The position numbers were made by a program, and so were the translations under genes. Below are positions 26,052-35,183 of a stretch of 64,000 nt of DNA, one piece after another (position 1 is the stretch's first letter; every line of letters begins with the position of its first letter). The notes under the pieces were generated by a model. That model did not search any database and was not told the origin of the DNA. It was given only the letters and a program-made list of their open reading frames with translations. Source of the stretch: Deltaproteobacteria bacterium (GTDB lineage Bacteria > Myxococcota_A > UBA9042); contig JACKFC010000005.1 of assembly GCA_020632665.1 (NCBI GenBank), positions 7,915-71,914 on the forward strand, written 5' to 3'.

Positions 26052-29000
26052 TCAGGGGAGGGAGAAGGCCTTGCCGTTGGTCGACCAGGACCTCCAGGTG
26101 CCGAATTCGACGTCGAAGGTCGAGAACGCGTCGATCTGCAGCGTTTTCGACCAGATCCGATCGACCCGGGCGAGCAGCGGCACATCGACGAAGACGTCGA
26201 TCCCAGCGAGCGTGGCGAAGTCCGGCAGCTCCACCGAGGTGGTCGTCGGCGCGACGTAGAGCCACCAGAACGGGAAGCCGCCGCCGTCGACGTGGACCCG
26301 GTGGATGCTCGGCGCCGCGCTCGGGGCCGAGGTCCACTCGATCGTGACGGGCTTGGGATTGCTGGACTCCAGCGGCTTGCCGATGGCGGCGACCGAGAGG
26401 AAGGGGCCGAGCCACAGCCCCGGCTCGCCGACCAACAACATCCGGCCGTCGTCGAGCCGCACGCCGGCGCGCGGCAGCAGGTCGAGGCGCTCGGGGCTCT
26501 CGTCGTGCAGGCCGAAGTTGTCGATCCGGAAGACCGCGCCTTGGGCCGTCGTGCCGTAGACGCTGCCCGGCGCTCCCGGCACCAAGATCTCGAAGATCGG
26601 TGGCGACTTGCTGCCGGCTGGCAAGACCGAGGTCGGCGCGCCCGTCGGCGGCACGCGCCACAAGCCGCCCACGCCGTCGGTCGTGCTGCCGGCCACGAGG
26701 TAGCTGCCGTCGCTCTGCGCCATCGCCGCGGTCAGCGCCGCCGCTCCTGCGATCCCGCTGCCGTTGGCGCTGGGCGTGGCTTGTGCGGCAGCGATCCGGA
26801 TCACCGCGCCGGCCTCGCTCACCGCCAACGCGTCGCTCTGGCCGCACGCGACCCCACGCAGCGGCGCCTTGCTCGCGCCGAGCACCTGGACCGCGCTCCA
26901 ACCCTCGCCGCGATCGACCGCGACGCCGCCCTCGGCGCCGACCGTGACGCGGAAGCCCGGGCCATGGCAGACGCCGACGAGGTCCTCGACCAAGGCGCCC
27001 TTCTCGCTCTTCACCTCGTAGCCGTCGAGCCGCCGGATCAGGCCCGCTTGGCCGACCAGGGTGGCGTCGGTCGGGGTGCCCGCGGCCGCCAGCACCGCCG
27101 GTGGATCGGCGTAGGCGTCGACCTCGGGGGCGGCGTAGATCAGGCTCGCGCCTTCGAGCGTCCCGCGCAGCAGGCGGCCGTTGCGCGCGACCAGCAGCAG
27201 CTCGTCTGCCGGGCCGCGCAGGACGCCCGCGAGGCTCAAGGCGACGCCGACGGGTTCGGCCTGCCAGATGCCGTCCTTGCCGCGCACCAGCGCGTTGCCG
27301 TCGCCAGGGCGGACGATGCTCTCGTGGTGCGTCCCGGTCTCGATCGGCGTGACGCTGCCGCCGAAATCGACCCGCGCCCGCCACGTCTGGGTGGTTCCCG
27401 TCATCGACTCCGGCAGGGTCAGCGGCTGGTAGGGCACCGCCAAGGTGTCGACCACGCCCGTGGTGCCGGGCTCGCCCTTCTCCGAGCGCGCCGTGGCGAT
27501 CGGGATCCAGCCGTCCGAGCCGAGCGCGAACCACGCGAGCACCTCGAGGTCACCGCCGTTGCTGGCCGGGAAGAAGCGCTGCGGTCCGGCGAGGCGCACG
27601 GGCAGGGTGCGCTGCAACGGGATATCGAGGCGCATGTCGAGGCCGGTGATCGTCGCTCCAGGCTCGGGGAAGACGTGACGGCGCACGCCCATCGAGGTTG
27701 GCACGAAGCTGTTGTCCGACTGCAGGTAGCCGGCGATGCAGTAGATGGCGAGCTCGTCCAAGCGGGCCGAGATGCTGAACAAGCCGGTCTTTTCGTCGAC
27801 CTTGGCACCTGGGCCGGCGGGCGGATTCTCGCTGGTGCGGCTGCGGGTGCTGGTCGCGCAGGTGATCTGCCGGATGCCGATGCTGGGGCGGCAGACCTTG
27901 CGCTCGGGCACCAAGGCATCGACCGCGCAGCTGTAGTCGGTGTCGCAGTCGGCGTCGCTCTGGCATTGGTTGAAGCAGCGCTTGCCGCCCGGACCGGTCG
28001 TGACGCAGGCCCAGAGCTGGCCGGCGGCGGTCGAGCCTGGCTTGGTCACGCAGTCGGTGTCGGCCTCGCAAAAATCGCAGATCGGCCCGCCGGTCGGGGG
28101 CTTCAGGCAATTGGTCGGCGGGGTCAGCGAGTATTTGTCGAGGTCGAGGATGCGGCCCTGCAGGGTCGCCAACGGCAGGCCGGGGCCACCGCCGCCACCG
28201 CCGCTCGACGGTGGAACCCAGGGGAAGAGCAGCAGCGTCGCGTTGCTGACGCCGAAGTGGACGATCGAGCTGGCGCTGTATTCCGTCTTGCTGGCGGAGA
28301 CGGTCAGCGGCGGCAGGAGGTCTTCGCCGGCGAAGACGATCTGGCCCTGATTGTCGGTCTTGCCGAGGTATTTGCCGAAGATGGCGTCCGAGGGCTGGCC
28401 GACCACGACCGTCGCCTCGGAGAGCGGCTTGAGCGTGTAGATATCGAGGACGGTGACGTTCAGTGTGCCGAAGGTCGGGCCGCCGTGGGTGCCGCCCTGC
28501 GGGCTGGTGGGCGAGAAGTAGAGGTAGCCGTCGACCAGGGCGTCGGCGCCGCCGGGGCAGACCAACTGCACCGTCACCGGTCCGGGCGCGTGGGCGGGCG
28601 TACGGACCCGCATCTTGCTGCGACCGACGACCTCGACGAGCTCCGCCGGCGCACCGTCGAACGCGACGCTGCAGCCGGCATCGAGCCCAGCCCCGCGGAG
28701 GGTCACCAAGCTGCCGCCGCCGGTGGCGCCCTGCGCCGGGATCGCCGCGTCGAGGCGGGGGCCGCCGGCCGGGATGTAGTCGAAGGCGTCGGCGAGCGCG
28801 TTCTCGAAGGGGCCGCAGCGGACCTGCACCGTCGCAGCACCGGGCGCTCCGGGCGGCGTCCGTACCTGCATCGTCGCACCCTTGGCTGCGACGACGGTCG
28901 CGGCGTAGGCGCCGATCCGCACCTGGCAGCCCGCGTCGAGGCCGGCGCCGCCGAGCGTCACCAGCGTCCCGCCGGCGACTGGGCCTTCCGCCGGCACCAC

Positions 29001-30212
29001 CGAGAGCAGCTGCAAGGGCGCGAAAGCTTGATAGGCGGCCGGCAGCTCGAGCTTGCTGGTGCCGATGGTCGCCTGCACGTCGTGGGTTCCGGCCGCGAGC
29101 GCCGGCGTCTCGACCAGCGCCGAGCCCTTGCCGACCACGACCTTGGCCGCGGCGCCGGCGAAGCGAACTTGACCGACCTCGGCGCCCGCCAGGTCGGCGA
29201 GCAGGCCGACCGTCTCGCCACCGGTGGTGCTGCCGGTCTTCGGCGCCACGCCGAAGAGCGCGGGCTTGTCGCCGCCGCCGTAGACCAGGCCCGGGTCGAG
29301 GACCGCGTCGCCGTAGGGGCTGCGCGCCATCACCGCGACCGCGCGGCCGGCCGCGCCGGTATTCGCCGGGGCGCTGGCGGCGCGCAAGCTGCTCGCGGTC
29401 CCCGGCACCAACGAGCCGAGCCGGCCGTCGACCCAGAGCGTCGTCAAGGGCCCGAGGCCGGCGCCGACCAGGGTGATGTCGCCGCCCTTGCCCTCGAGCG
29501 TCGCCGGGTCGATCCGATCCAGGCGCGGCGGTCGGCCGTAGCGGAAGGTGCCGGCCCAGGTCGTCACGCCGCTGGCGTGGCGGATGGCGACCGGGACCTC
29601 GATCTCGTCCTTTCCGGCCGGCAGCTCGAACGCCGGCGTGCGCGCGACCAGGGTGCTGCCGTCGACGACCTCGCTCTCGATCGCCGCGCGCCAGCCGATC
29701 AGCAGGCGGTCGCCGGGGTGGAAGCCGGCGCCGCGGACCTGGATCGGCGTGCCGCCGAGCGACGGCCCGAGCTGCGGCTCGACGTCCTCGATCCGGACCT
29801 CACCGAGGTAGGCGTAGCCGGCGGGCTTGCGCGCGATGCCGTCGACGTCGACCAAGGAGACCTCGACCGCGCCGGGCACCTGCGCCGGCGGCGCGATGGC
29901 GAAGATGTGGGTCGTCCCGGCGCGCCAGCTCACCTCGGCTTCGACGCCGCCGAAGTAGACCTTGGTCGCGGGGCCGATGCCGACGCCCTCGATGTCGATC
30001 TCGTCGCCGCCGGCGAGGGGGCCGCGGGGCGGATCGATCGCCACGATCTGCAGGCCGGAGAGGGTTCCTCCGCCGGAGTCGCCGCCGCCGCCCGAAGCGT
30101 CGGAGCCGTTGCCAACGTCGTCGGGACTGGAGCAGGCCGGCAGGATCGCGAGGAGGAGGGCCAACAATCCGGTCGCGACGTGCCGCGGTGCTGCGCTGCG
30201 GCGGTCGAGCAT
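26052..30212 (-). CDS. Giant IPT/TIG-repeat lipoprotein with Cys-rich insert and C-terminal propeller-like region
   Basis: MLDRRSAAPRHVATGLLALLLAILPAC lipoprotein signal (ATG at 30210-30212). At least 6 IPT/TIG-type repeats (I..I.P..GP..GG..I.I.G.GF pattern). Cys-rich block (CDFCEADTDC...CFNQCQSDADCDTDYSC). Confidence 0.85.
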   Translation of the reverse strand: MLDRRSAAPRHVATGLLALLLAILPACSSPDDVGNGSDASGGGGDSGGGTLSGLQIVAIDPPRGPLAGGDEIDIEGVGIGPATKVYFGGVEAEVSWRAGTTHIFAIAPPAQVPGAVEVSLVDVDGIARKPAGYAYLGEVRIEDVEPQLGPSLGGTPIQVRGAGFHPGDRLLIGWRAAIESEVVDGSTLVARTPAFELPAGKDEIEVPVAIRHASGVTTWAGTFRYGRPPRLDRIDPATLEGKGGDITLVGAGLGPLTTLWVDGRLGSLVPGTASSLRAASAPANTGAAGRAVAVMARSPYGDAVLDPGLVYGGGDKPALFGVAPKTGSTTGGETVGLLADLAGAEVGQVRFAGAAAKVVVGKGSALVETPALAAGTHDVQATIGTSKLELPAAYQAFAPLQLLSVVPAEGPVAGGTLVTLGGAGLDAGCQVRIGAYAATVVAAKGATMQVRTPPGAPGAATVQVRCGPFENALADAFDYIPAGGPRLDAAIPAQGATGGGSLVTLRGAGLDAGCSVAFDGAPAELVEVVGRSKMRVRTPAHAPGPVTVQLVCPGGADALVDGYLYFSPTSPQGGTHGGPTFGTLNVTVLDIYTLKPLSEATVVVGQPSDAIFGKYLGKTDNQGQIVFAGEDLLPPLTVSASKTEYSASSIVHFGVSNATLLLFPWVPPSSGGGGGGPGLPLATLQGRILDLDKYSLTPPTNCLKPPTGGPICDFCEADTDCVTKPGSTAAGQLWACVTTGPGGKRCFNQCQSDADCDTDYSCAVDALVPERKVCRPSIGIRQITCATSTRSRTSENPPAGPGAKVDEKTGLFSISARLDELAIYCIAGYLQSDNSFVPTSMGVRRHVFPEPGATITGLDMRLDIPLQRTLPVRLAGPQRFFPASNGGDLEVLAWFALGSDGWIPIATARSEKGEPGTTGVVDTLAVPYQPLTLPESMTGTTQTWRARVDFGGSVTPIETGTHHESIVRPGDGNALVRGKDGIWQAEPVGVALSLAGVLRGPADELLLVARNGRLLRGTLEGASLIYAAPEVDAYADPPAVLAAAGTPTDATLVGQAGLIRRLDGYEVKSEKGALVEDLVGVCHGPGFRVTVGAEGGVAVDRGEGWSAVQVLGASKAPLRGVACGQSDALAVSEAGAVIRIAAAQATPSANGSGIAGAAALTAAMAQSDGSYLVAGSTTDGVGGLWRVPPTGAPTSVLPAGSKSPPIFEILVPGAPGSVYGTTAQGAVFRIDNFGLHDESPERLDLLPRAGVRLDDGRMLLVGEPGLWLGPFLSVAAIGKPLESSNPKPVTIEWTSAPSAAPSIHRVHVDGGGFPFWWLYVAPTTTSVELPDFATLAGIDVFVDVPLLARVDRIWSKTLQIDAFSTFDVEFGTWRSWSTNGKAFSLP

Positions 30213-30289
30213 GCGTCGTGCCTCCGGGACCGCCACGGGTCCTCGCCCTCTCCGCCGCCAGCCTAGTGGATCTGCACGCTGCGCGCCAA

Positions 30290-32878
30290 TCAGGGCGCCG
30301 GAACGTCGCGTGGCAACGGCGAGAGCGCGAGCGGGGTGCCGGCGGGCAGGGCCGTCAGCACGGCGGCATGGTCGAGCCACGGTCCGGCTGCCTGGAGCAG
30401 CGCGCGACCGACCGCCGCGGTGGCGGCTGCGCCGGCAGCGACGCCGTCCGGCGCGTCATCGTCCGGGTCCGCGCCGCCGAGCAACGAGCGCACCGCCACG
30501 CCGAGGCCGACGCCGAGGTGCACGCGCAGGCCGGGCCGCGGCAGCAACACCACCTCGGTATCGTCGTCGTCCTGCAGGCCGGCGCGGCTGCGGACGTCGC
30601 GCAGCGCTTCGAGCAGGCCGCCCTCGCTGTCGACCAGGCCGCGCTCGAGGGCGCGGCGGCCGAGGTGGATCCGGCCGCCGGCGAGACGCTCGAGCGTCTC
30701 GTCGCTGAGCTTGCGGCGCAGCTTCACCCGCTCGAGAAAGAGGGCGTAGTAGCGACCGAGGGTGCGCCGCAGCACGGCCTCTTCGCTCGTGCTCCAGGGC
30801 TGCTTCGGATCGAAGACCGTCGTCCCCGGGCCGGCGGCGACGTGGTCGACACCGATCCCGAGCAGCGCCAGCGTGCCCGAGAACTCGGGCTTCAGCGTGA
30901 AGATGCCGATCGAGCCGGTGACGGTGGCGGCGTCGGCGAAGATCTTGTCGGCGCCGAGCGAGAGCCAATAGCCGCCGCTGGCCGCGACGCTTGCCATCGA
31001 GATCGCCGTCGGTTTGCGCTCGCTGAGCTGCCGCAGGCCTTGGTAGATCAACTCCGAGCCGTAGACCGCGCCGCCGCCGGAGTCGACCCGGACGACCACG
31101 CCCTTGATGTCGCTGCGCTTCGCCAGGCCGCCGAGCTGCTTCGCCACGCTCCGACCGCCGATCTGTCGACCCATCAGGCCGCGACCGCTTTCGCCGTCGA
31201 CGATCGAGCCGGCGAGGGCCAGGACGGCGAGGCGTGGGCGCGGGCCGAAGCGCTTGCGACGCGCCACCGGCGGCGCGTAGACCGCGAGCGAATCGCCCTT
31301 CTCGGTCATCCCCCAATCGCGCAGCGACGCCTCGAATTCCTTCGGCGTCGCGACCACGTCGATCAGCGTCGCGCGCTGGGCGTCCTCGGGGATCGCGACG
31401 CCCTGTGCCAAGGCGGCCTCGACCGCGGTCGGGGTCAGCGAGCGGCCGAGGGCGACGGCCTCGAGGAATTGGCCGTAGCGCCGGCGGACCACGCGGGTCA
31501 GCGTCTCGTTCAGCGCCGGGCTGATGCGCTCACGGGTGAATGTCTCCGGTGCCGATTTGTAGTCGTCGTAGCGCACGGTCTGCACCGTGATGCCGATCCG
31601 CGCCAGCGCCGTCGCCAGGCCGACGAAATCCGCGCCGATGCCGCGCGCCGTGAGGCTGCCGGCCGCGGGCATGCCGATCTTCTCGGTCGCGCAGGCGATC
31701 ATATAGCCGCGGGTGCCGAGGCTGGAGGCGTAGGCGGCGGTCCGCTTGCCCGCGGCGCGCAGGGCGGCGATGGCGGCCCGCAGCTCCTCGACCTGCGCCC
31801 AAGTGAAGCTGGCTTGGTCGAAGCGGAAGACGACCGTCTGCACCGCCGGATCGCGCACCAGCGCGTCGAGGCGCAGCAGCAGCGCGGCGAAGGAGTTCTT
31901 CCCGGCCGGCGATTCCGACGTGGCCGCGGCCAGCGGGATGATGACCGCGCTCGGGCCCGGATCGACGAACGACGGCGGCACGTCGCCGGAGAGACGGGCG
32001 CCGACTTGCACGCCACCGCCGCTGCCGTCGCGCAACGAGGAGTCGGCGCGCAGCCCGAGCTCGGCGCCCCAATGACCGAGGCCGATATCGAGCAGCAGGC
32101 TGGTGCGCGATTCGGTCTGCCGGCTCGCGCCGATGCGATGGGTGACGTTGCGATGCTCGAGCAGCAGCGAGAGGCCGCTGGCGATGCGCCCGGCCATGCT
32201 GAAGGTCGTGTTGCCGATGGTGCCGCCTGCCGGCCAATCGATGTCGAAGGCGAGGGTGAAGCGATCCGATCCGGCGAAGGGACGCAGCGCCAGTCCCCAG
32301 GCGTAGCGGGTGGTGAACGCCGCGGTGCCATCGGCGCCGACGCCGCCGGGATCGCCCAGGCCCGTGGCGCGCCAACCGAGCGAAACCCACGACCAAGGCC
32401 GCAGCAGCAGGCCGACGTCATGCGACCAGAGCGAGCTGCCGTCGCCCGCAGCGCCGCCGAGTAGGCGGGCCGCATAACCGAGGGCGAAGCGGTCGCCGAG
32501 CCGCCACGCACCAGCCAGGCTCAGGCGGGAGAGCATCAGCGCGTCGGCGTCTTCGTCGCTGCGGTGTTCGAGCGCCGCACCCAAGCGCAGGCTGCCGAAG
32601 GCGCCGCTGCCGAAGGCGCCCCAGCCGCTGCCGGCGCCGCCGCCGACCTGCCCGCCACCGAGCGCCGCCTGCAGCCGCAGCTCCCAATCGTCCAGCGCGC
32701 TGAGGCCGGCCGGGTTGGTGGCGATCGAGAGGGCGCCGCGCGGGTTGGCCACCGTCTGGCCAGCGAAGTGGACGCCGAGGTCGCGACGGGCCTGCTGCGC
32801 CGAGGCGGCGAGCGGCCACATCCAGACCGCCACGGCAGCCAGGAGCAGAGCCAGCGGGATCCTGGTCGTCGTCGGCAT
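30290..32878 (-). CDS. sppA: Signal peptide peptidase SppA (67K type, two S49 domains) with extra N-terminal beta-barrel-like domain
   Basis: Catalytic Ser context SMASVAASGGYWLS and Lys context DDYKSAPETF. Signal peptide (LALLLAAVAVWMWPLAASA). The first ~300 aa are Gly/aromatic-rich alternating segments with an ATNPAGLSAL motif. Confidence 0.85.
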   Translation of the reverse strand: MPTTTRIPLALLLAAVAVWMWPLAASAQQARRDLGVHFAGQTVANPRGALSIATNPAGLSALDDWELRLQAALGGGQVGGGAGSGWGAFGSGAFGSLRLGAALEHRSDEDADALMLSRLSLAGAWRLGDRFALGYAARLLGGAAGDGSSLWSHDVGLLLRPWSWVSLGWRATGLGDPGGVGADGTAAFTTRYAWGLALRPFAGSDRFTLAFDIDWPAGGTIGNTTFSMAGRIASGLSLLLEHRNVTHRIGASRQTESRTSLLLDIGLGHWGAELGLRADSSLRDGSGGGVQVGARLSGDVPPSFVDPGPSAVIIPLAAATSESPAGKNSFAALLLRLDALVRDPAVQTVVFRFDQASFTWAQVEELRAAIAALRAAGKRTAAYASSLGTRGYMIACATEKIGMPAAGSLTARGIGADFVGLATALARIGITVQTVRYDDYKSAPETFTRERISPALNETLTRVVRRRYGQFLEAVALGRSLTPTAVEAALAQGVAIPEDAQRATLIDVVATPKEFEASLRDWGMTEKGDSLAVYAPPVARRKRFGPRPRLAVLALAGSIVDGESGRGLMGRQIGGRSVAKQLGGLAKRSDIKGVVVRVDSGGGAVYGSELIYQGLRQLSERKPTAISMASVAASGGYWLSLGADKIFADAATVTGSIGIFTLKPEFSGTLALLGIGVDHVAAGPGTTVFDPKQPWSTSEEAVLRRTLGRYYALFLERVKLRRKLSDETLERLAGGRIHLGRRALERGLVDSEGGLLEALRDVRSRAGLQDDDDTEVVLLPRPGLRVHLGVGLGVAVRSLLGGADPDDDAPDGVAAGAAATAAVGRALLQAAGPWLDHAAVLTALPAGTPLALSPLPRDVPAP

Positions 32879-32897
32879 CGTGCCCTCGCGCGCGTGG

Positions 32898-34178
32898 CTA
32901 GCGGTTGTGCGTCAGCGCCATCAGCTTGAAGTCGTCCGGGCCGTCGCGCCGCATGAGCAAGCGGTAGGACTTCACGCCGCGGCAATCGAGCGAGATCTTG
33001 AAGAGGTTGCCGGCCGCGTGGACGGTGTACATCTCGCAGGCCAGCGGCGCCTTGCCGGCGCGCGACTCGGCGAGCTTCTTCCGGTAGAGCTGGTCGCGGC
33101 TCTCGTCGAGCTTGAGGAACGCGCCGCCGTGGATGCGGAAGAGCGACGGGATCAACGTCGGCATCTCGGTGTGCACCTCGGCCGGGCCGAAGTTGCGCAG
33201 GTAGTTGCCGAGGTCACCGCCGGCGAGCGATTGGCACGCGGCTTCTTGGGTCAGGTCGGTCTTGATCTCGGTCGCCGGCGACTCGATCCGGATGTCGAGG
33301 TAGACCCGCTCCTTGTCGAGCATCTTGCAGATGGCCTCGTGGTTCGAGGTCGCCGCGAAGCGCGAGAAGCCGAGGAAGGCGCGCGCGACTTCGCTCGCCA
33401 TGGCGGGGTCGACGTCGTCGCTGCTCGGGGCCTGGATCACGCCGCCGCTGGTGGTACCGCTGCCGCCGGCGGTGGTGCCGCCGCTCTCGCCACCGGTGCT
33501 GCCGCTGCTGCCGCTCTCGGAGCCGGTGTCGTTCGGGCGCGTGTCGCGCGGTGGCTTGGTCGTGGTGTCGCCGCCGCCGTTTTCGCCGCCGCCGCTCTCG
33601 CCGCCGCCGTTTTCGCCGCCGCCGCTCTCGCCGCCGCCGCTCTCACCGCCGCCGTTTTCGCCGCCGCCGGCGGGCTTCGCGCTGATGGTCGTGCCGCGGC
33701 GCGGCGCCGCGTCGGCCGGCGCGGCGGCGGTGCGGACGCATTGGCTCTGCCAGTTGTGCTCGTAGCTCTTGCGCACCTCTTCCTCGAAATAGGGGCGCCC
33801 ATCGCTGCCGAGCTTCTTGATCTTGCGCTTGAAGATCTTCTCTTGCGTATCGACCGCGGCGGCGACGACGGCATCACAGCCATAGCGCGCCGCGAAGCGC
33901 TTGAGTTGGGCGAGCGCCGCCGTGCGATCGGCGGTCGCGTCGTTGCTGGTCAGCTTCAGCCGCAGCGTGCCGAGCAGGACCGTTGGTTGCGGCAGCGCGT
34001 CGGCGGTCTCGGCGGCCGTCACCGGCGTGCCGAGCGGCAACGCGCGGTGCTTCGGCGCCCCGGGGGCGCGCTCCAACTCGACGCCGCCACAGCCTGCGAG
34101 AGCGCCGAGGCCGAGCGTCAGGGCGACCGCCGCGAGCGCGGAGAGGGGAGTGGAACGGAGCGTCGTACGCGTCATCAT
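32898..34178 (-). CDS. Lipoprotein with GGGE[NS] tandem repeat linker
   Basis: Lipobox LGALAGC. Central GGGENGGGESGGGESGGGENGGGESGGGENGGG followed by a Ser/Gly/Thr-rich segment. Globular N- and C-terminal domains of unknown family. Confidence 0.75.
   Translation of the reverse strand: MMTRTTLRSTPLSALAAVALTLGLGALAGCGGVELERAPGAPKHRALPLGTPVTAAETADALPQPTVLLGTLRLKLTSNDATADRTAALAQLKRFAARYGCDAVVAAAVDTQEKIFKRKIKKLGSDGRPYFEEEVRKSYEHNWQSQCVRTAAAPADAAPRRGTTISAKPAGGGENGGGESGGGESGGGENGGGESGGGENGGGDTTTKPPRDTRPNDTGSESGSSGSTGGESGGTTAGGSGTTSGGVIQAPSSDDVDPAMASEVARAFLGFSRFAATSNHEAICKMLDKERVYLDIRIESPATEIKTDLTQEAACQSLAGGDLGNYLRNFGPAEVHTEMPTLIPSLFRIHGGAFLKLDESRDQLYRKKLAESRAGKAPLACEMYTVHAAGNLFKISLDCRGVKSYRLLMRRDGPDDFKLMALTHNR
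33571..33669. repeat. Tandem 15-bp (30-bp super-unit) coding repeat
   Basis: CCGCCGCCGTTTTCG / CCGCCGCCGCTCTCG units repeated ~6.5 times on the + strand. They encode the GGGEN/GGGES repeats of the minus-strand lipoprotein. Confidence 0.9.
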
Positions 34179-34247
34179 CGGGCGATTCCTCGGGTCCGTG
34201 CGGCCGCAGCGTGCGGGCCGGGAGGATGGATCGCGGCCCCGCAGGCG

Positions 34248-35093
34248 TCAATGCCGACAAGGCTCCGGCACCCCGGCGAGATCCGGGGCGAAGCGGTCGC
34301 CGAGCAGGAAGGCGAGGACCTCGGCCGACCACGCGATGCCGTCGTTGGGCAAGGCTGCGGAGGCGCAGGCCGCCTCGACCCGCGCGTCGCCGAGCCGCTC
34401 GCGGCGGCGACGGTACAGGGCGCTGACCTGCTCGGTCTCGAACTCCGGATGGCCTTGGACGCCGACCGCGGCGCCACCGCTGGGCAGGCCGGCGACGACG
34501 TAGCCCTGCAGCCGGCACGCCTCGCCCTCGAGCAGGAGCTGCGCGCCGTGGGGCAGGGCGCGGACCTCGTCCTGGTGGCTCTCGAGCAACGCGACCATCG
34601 CTGCTGGCGCGTCCGGCTGTGGCGTCGGGTACGCCCGCGGCGGCCTCGTCGCGCCGCCGACCGGAAGCCAGAAGCGCCGCCGCATCGGCACCCGGCCGAC
34701 CTCCCAATCTGCGGCGCGCCCGACGTCGGCGCCGAGGGCGTGGGCGAGCAGCTGGTGACCGAAGCAGATCCCGTAGATTCGGGCCCCGCCTGCCAACGCC
34801 CGGGGCAGCCACTCACGCAGCGCGCAGACCCAGGGCAGGGTGCTGTCCGGGTCGGTGGCGCTGCCGGTGGTGACGTAGAGGTCGCTGTCGTCGTCGGCGG
34901 GTGGCAGCTCGCCAGCGAGGACGTCGACGATCCGAATCTGCGGCGCCCAGCCCAGCGCGGCCGCGGCGCGGCGGACATGCTCTGCCGTTCGATGCTCGGT
35001 ATCGCCGAACCGGCTGCGGTCCGGTTCGGGCACGAAATCGCAGCGCAAGACGGTGATGATCGGCGATTGCGGCGTGCGTTCGGCAGTATCCAT
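34248..35093 (-). CDS. Class I glutamine amidotransferase-like protein
   Basis: Nucleophile elbow YGICFGHQLLA and GHPEFE His/Glu context. ATG (MDTAERT) at 35091-35093. The longer track ORF to 35798 is rejected. Confidence 0.85.
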   Translation of the reverse strand: MDTAERTPQSPIITVLRCDFVPEPDRSRFGDTEHRTAEHVRRAAAALGWAPQIRIVDVLAGELPPADDDSDLYVTTGSATDPDSTLPWVCALREWLPRALAGGARIYGICFGHQLLAHALGADVGRAADWEVGRVPMRRRFWLPVGGATRPPRAYPTPQPDAPAAMVALLESHQDEVRALPHGAQLLLEGEACRLQGYVVAGLPSGGAAVGVQGHPEFETEQVSALYRRRRERLGDARVEAACASAALPNDGIAWSAEVLAFLLGDRFAPDLAGVPEPCRH

Positions 35094-35183
35094 GGCGGCG
35101 GAGCGTAGCGCGCGGTGGCGTGCCCCGCTACACTCCGCCCGCCGTGCTGCCGCGCGGCGCCGATCCGCTGCCCAGGAGACGAG

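Noticed and set aside
26035-27534. N-terminal extensions of track ORFs (24982-27534, 24422-26185, 34248-35798, 44759-46900, 45888-48242, 55617-57599, 58214-59284, 59334-61913, 2057-3778)
   Set aside because: The extensions run into the upstream gene in another frame and are Arg/Pro-rich. Internal starts give proper signal peptides or N-terminal motifs, and often form ATGA/GTGA overlaps with the upstream stop.
25887-30266. 1459-aa plus-strand ORF, the longest in the track
   Set aside because: It is antisense to the IPT/TIG lipoprotein gene. Its translation is dominated by Arg/Gly/Ala/Asp runs with no recognisable motif, which is the typical shadow frame of a high-GC gene. The minus-strand frame has clear IPT/TIG repeats and a lipoprotein signal.
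33571-33669. CRISPR array, considered for the tandem repeats here and at 57139-57203
   Set aside because: The units are 12-15 bp with no unique spacers. They lie inside ORFs and encode in-frame low-complexity peptide repeats. No cas genes are present.
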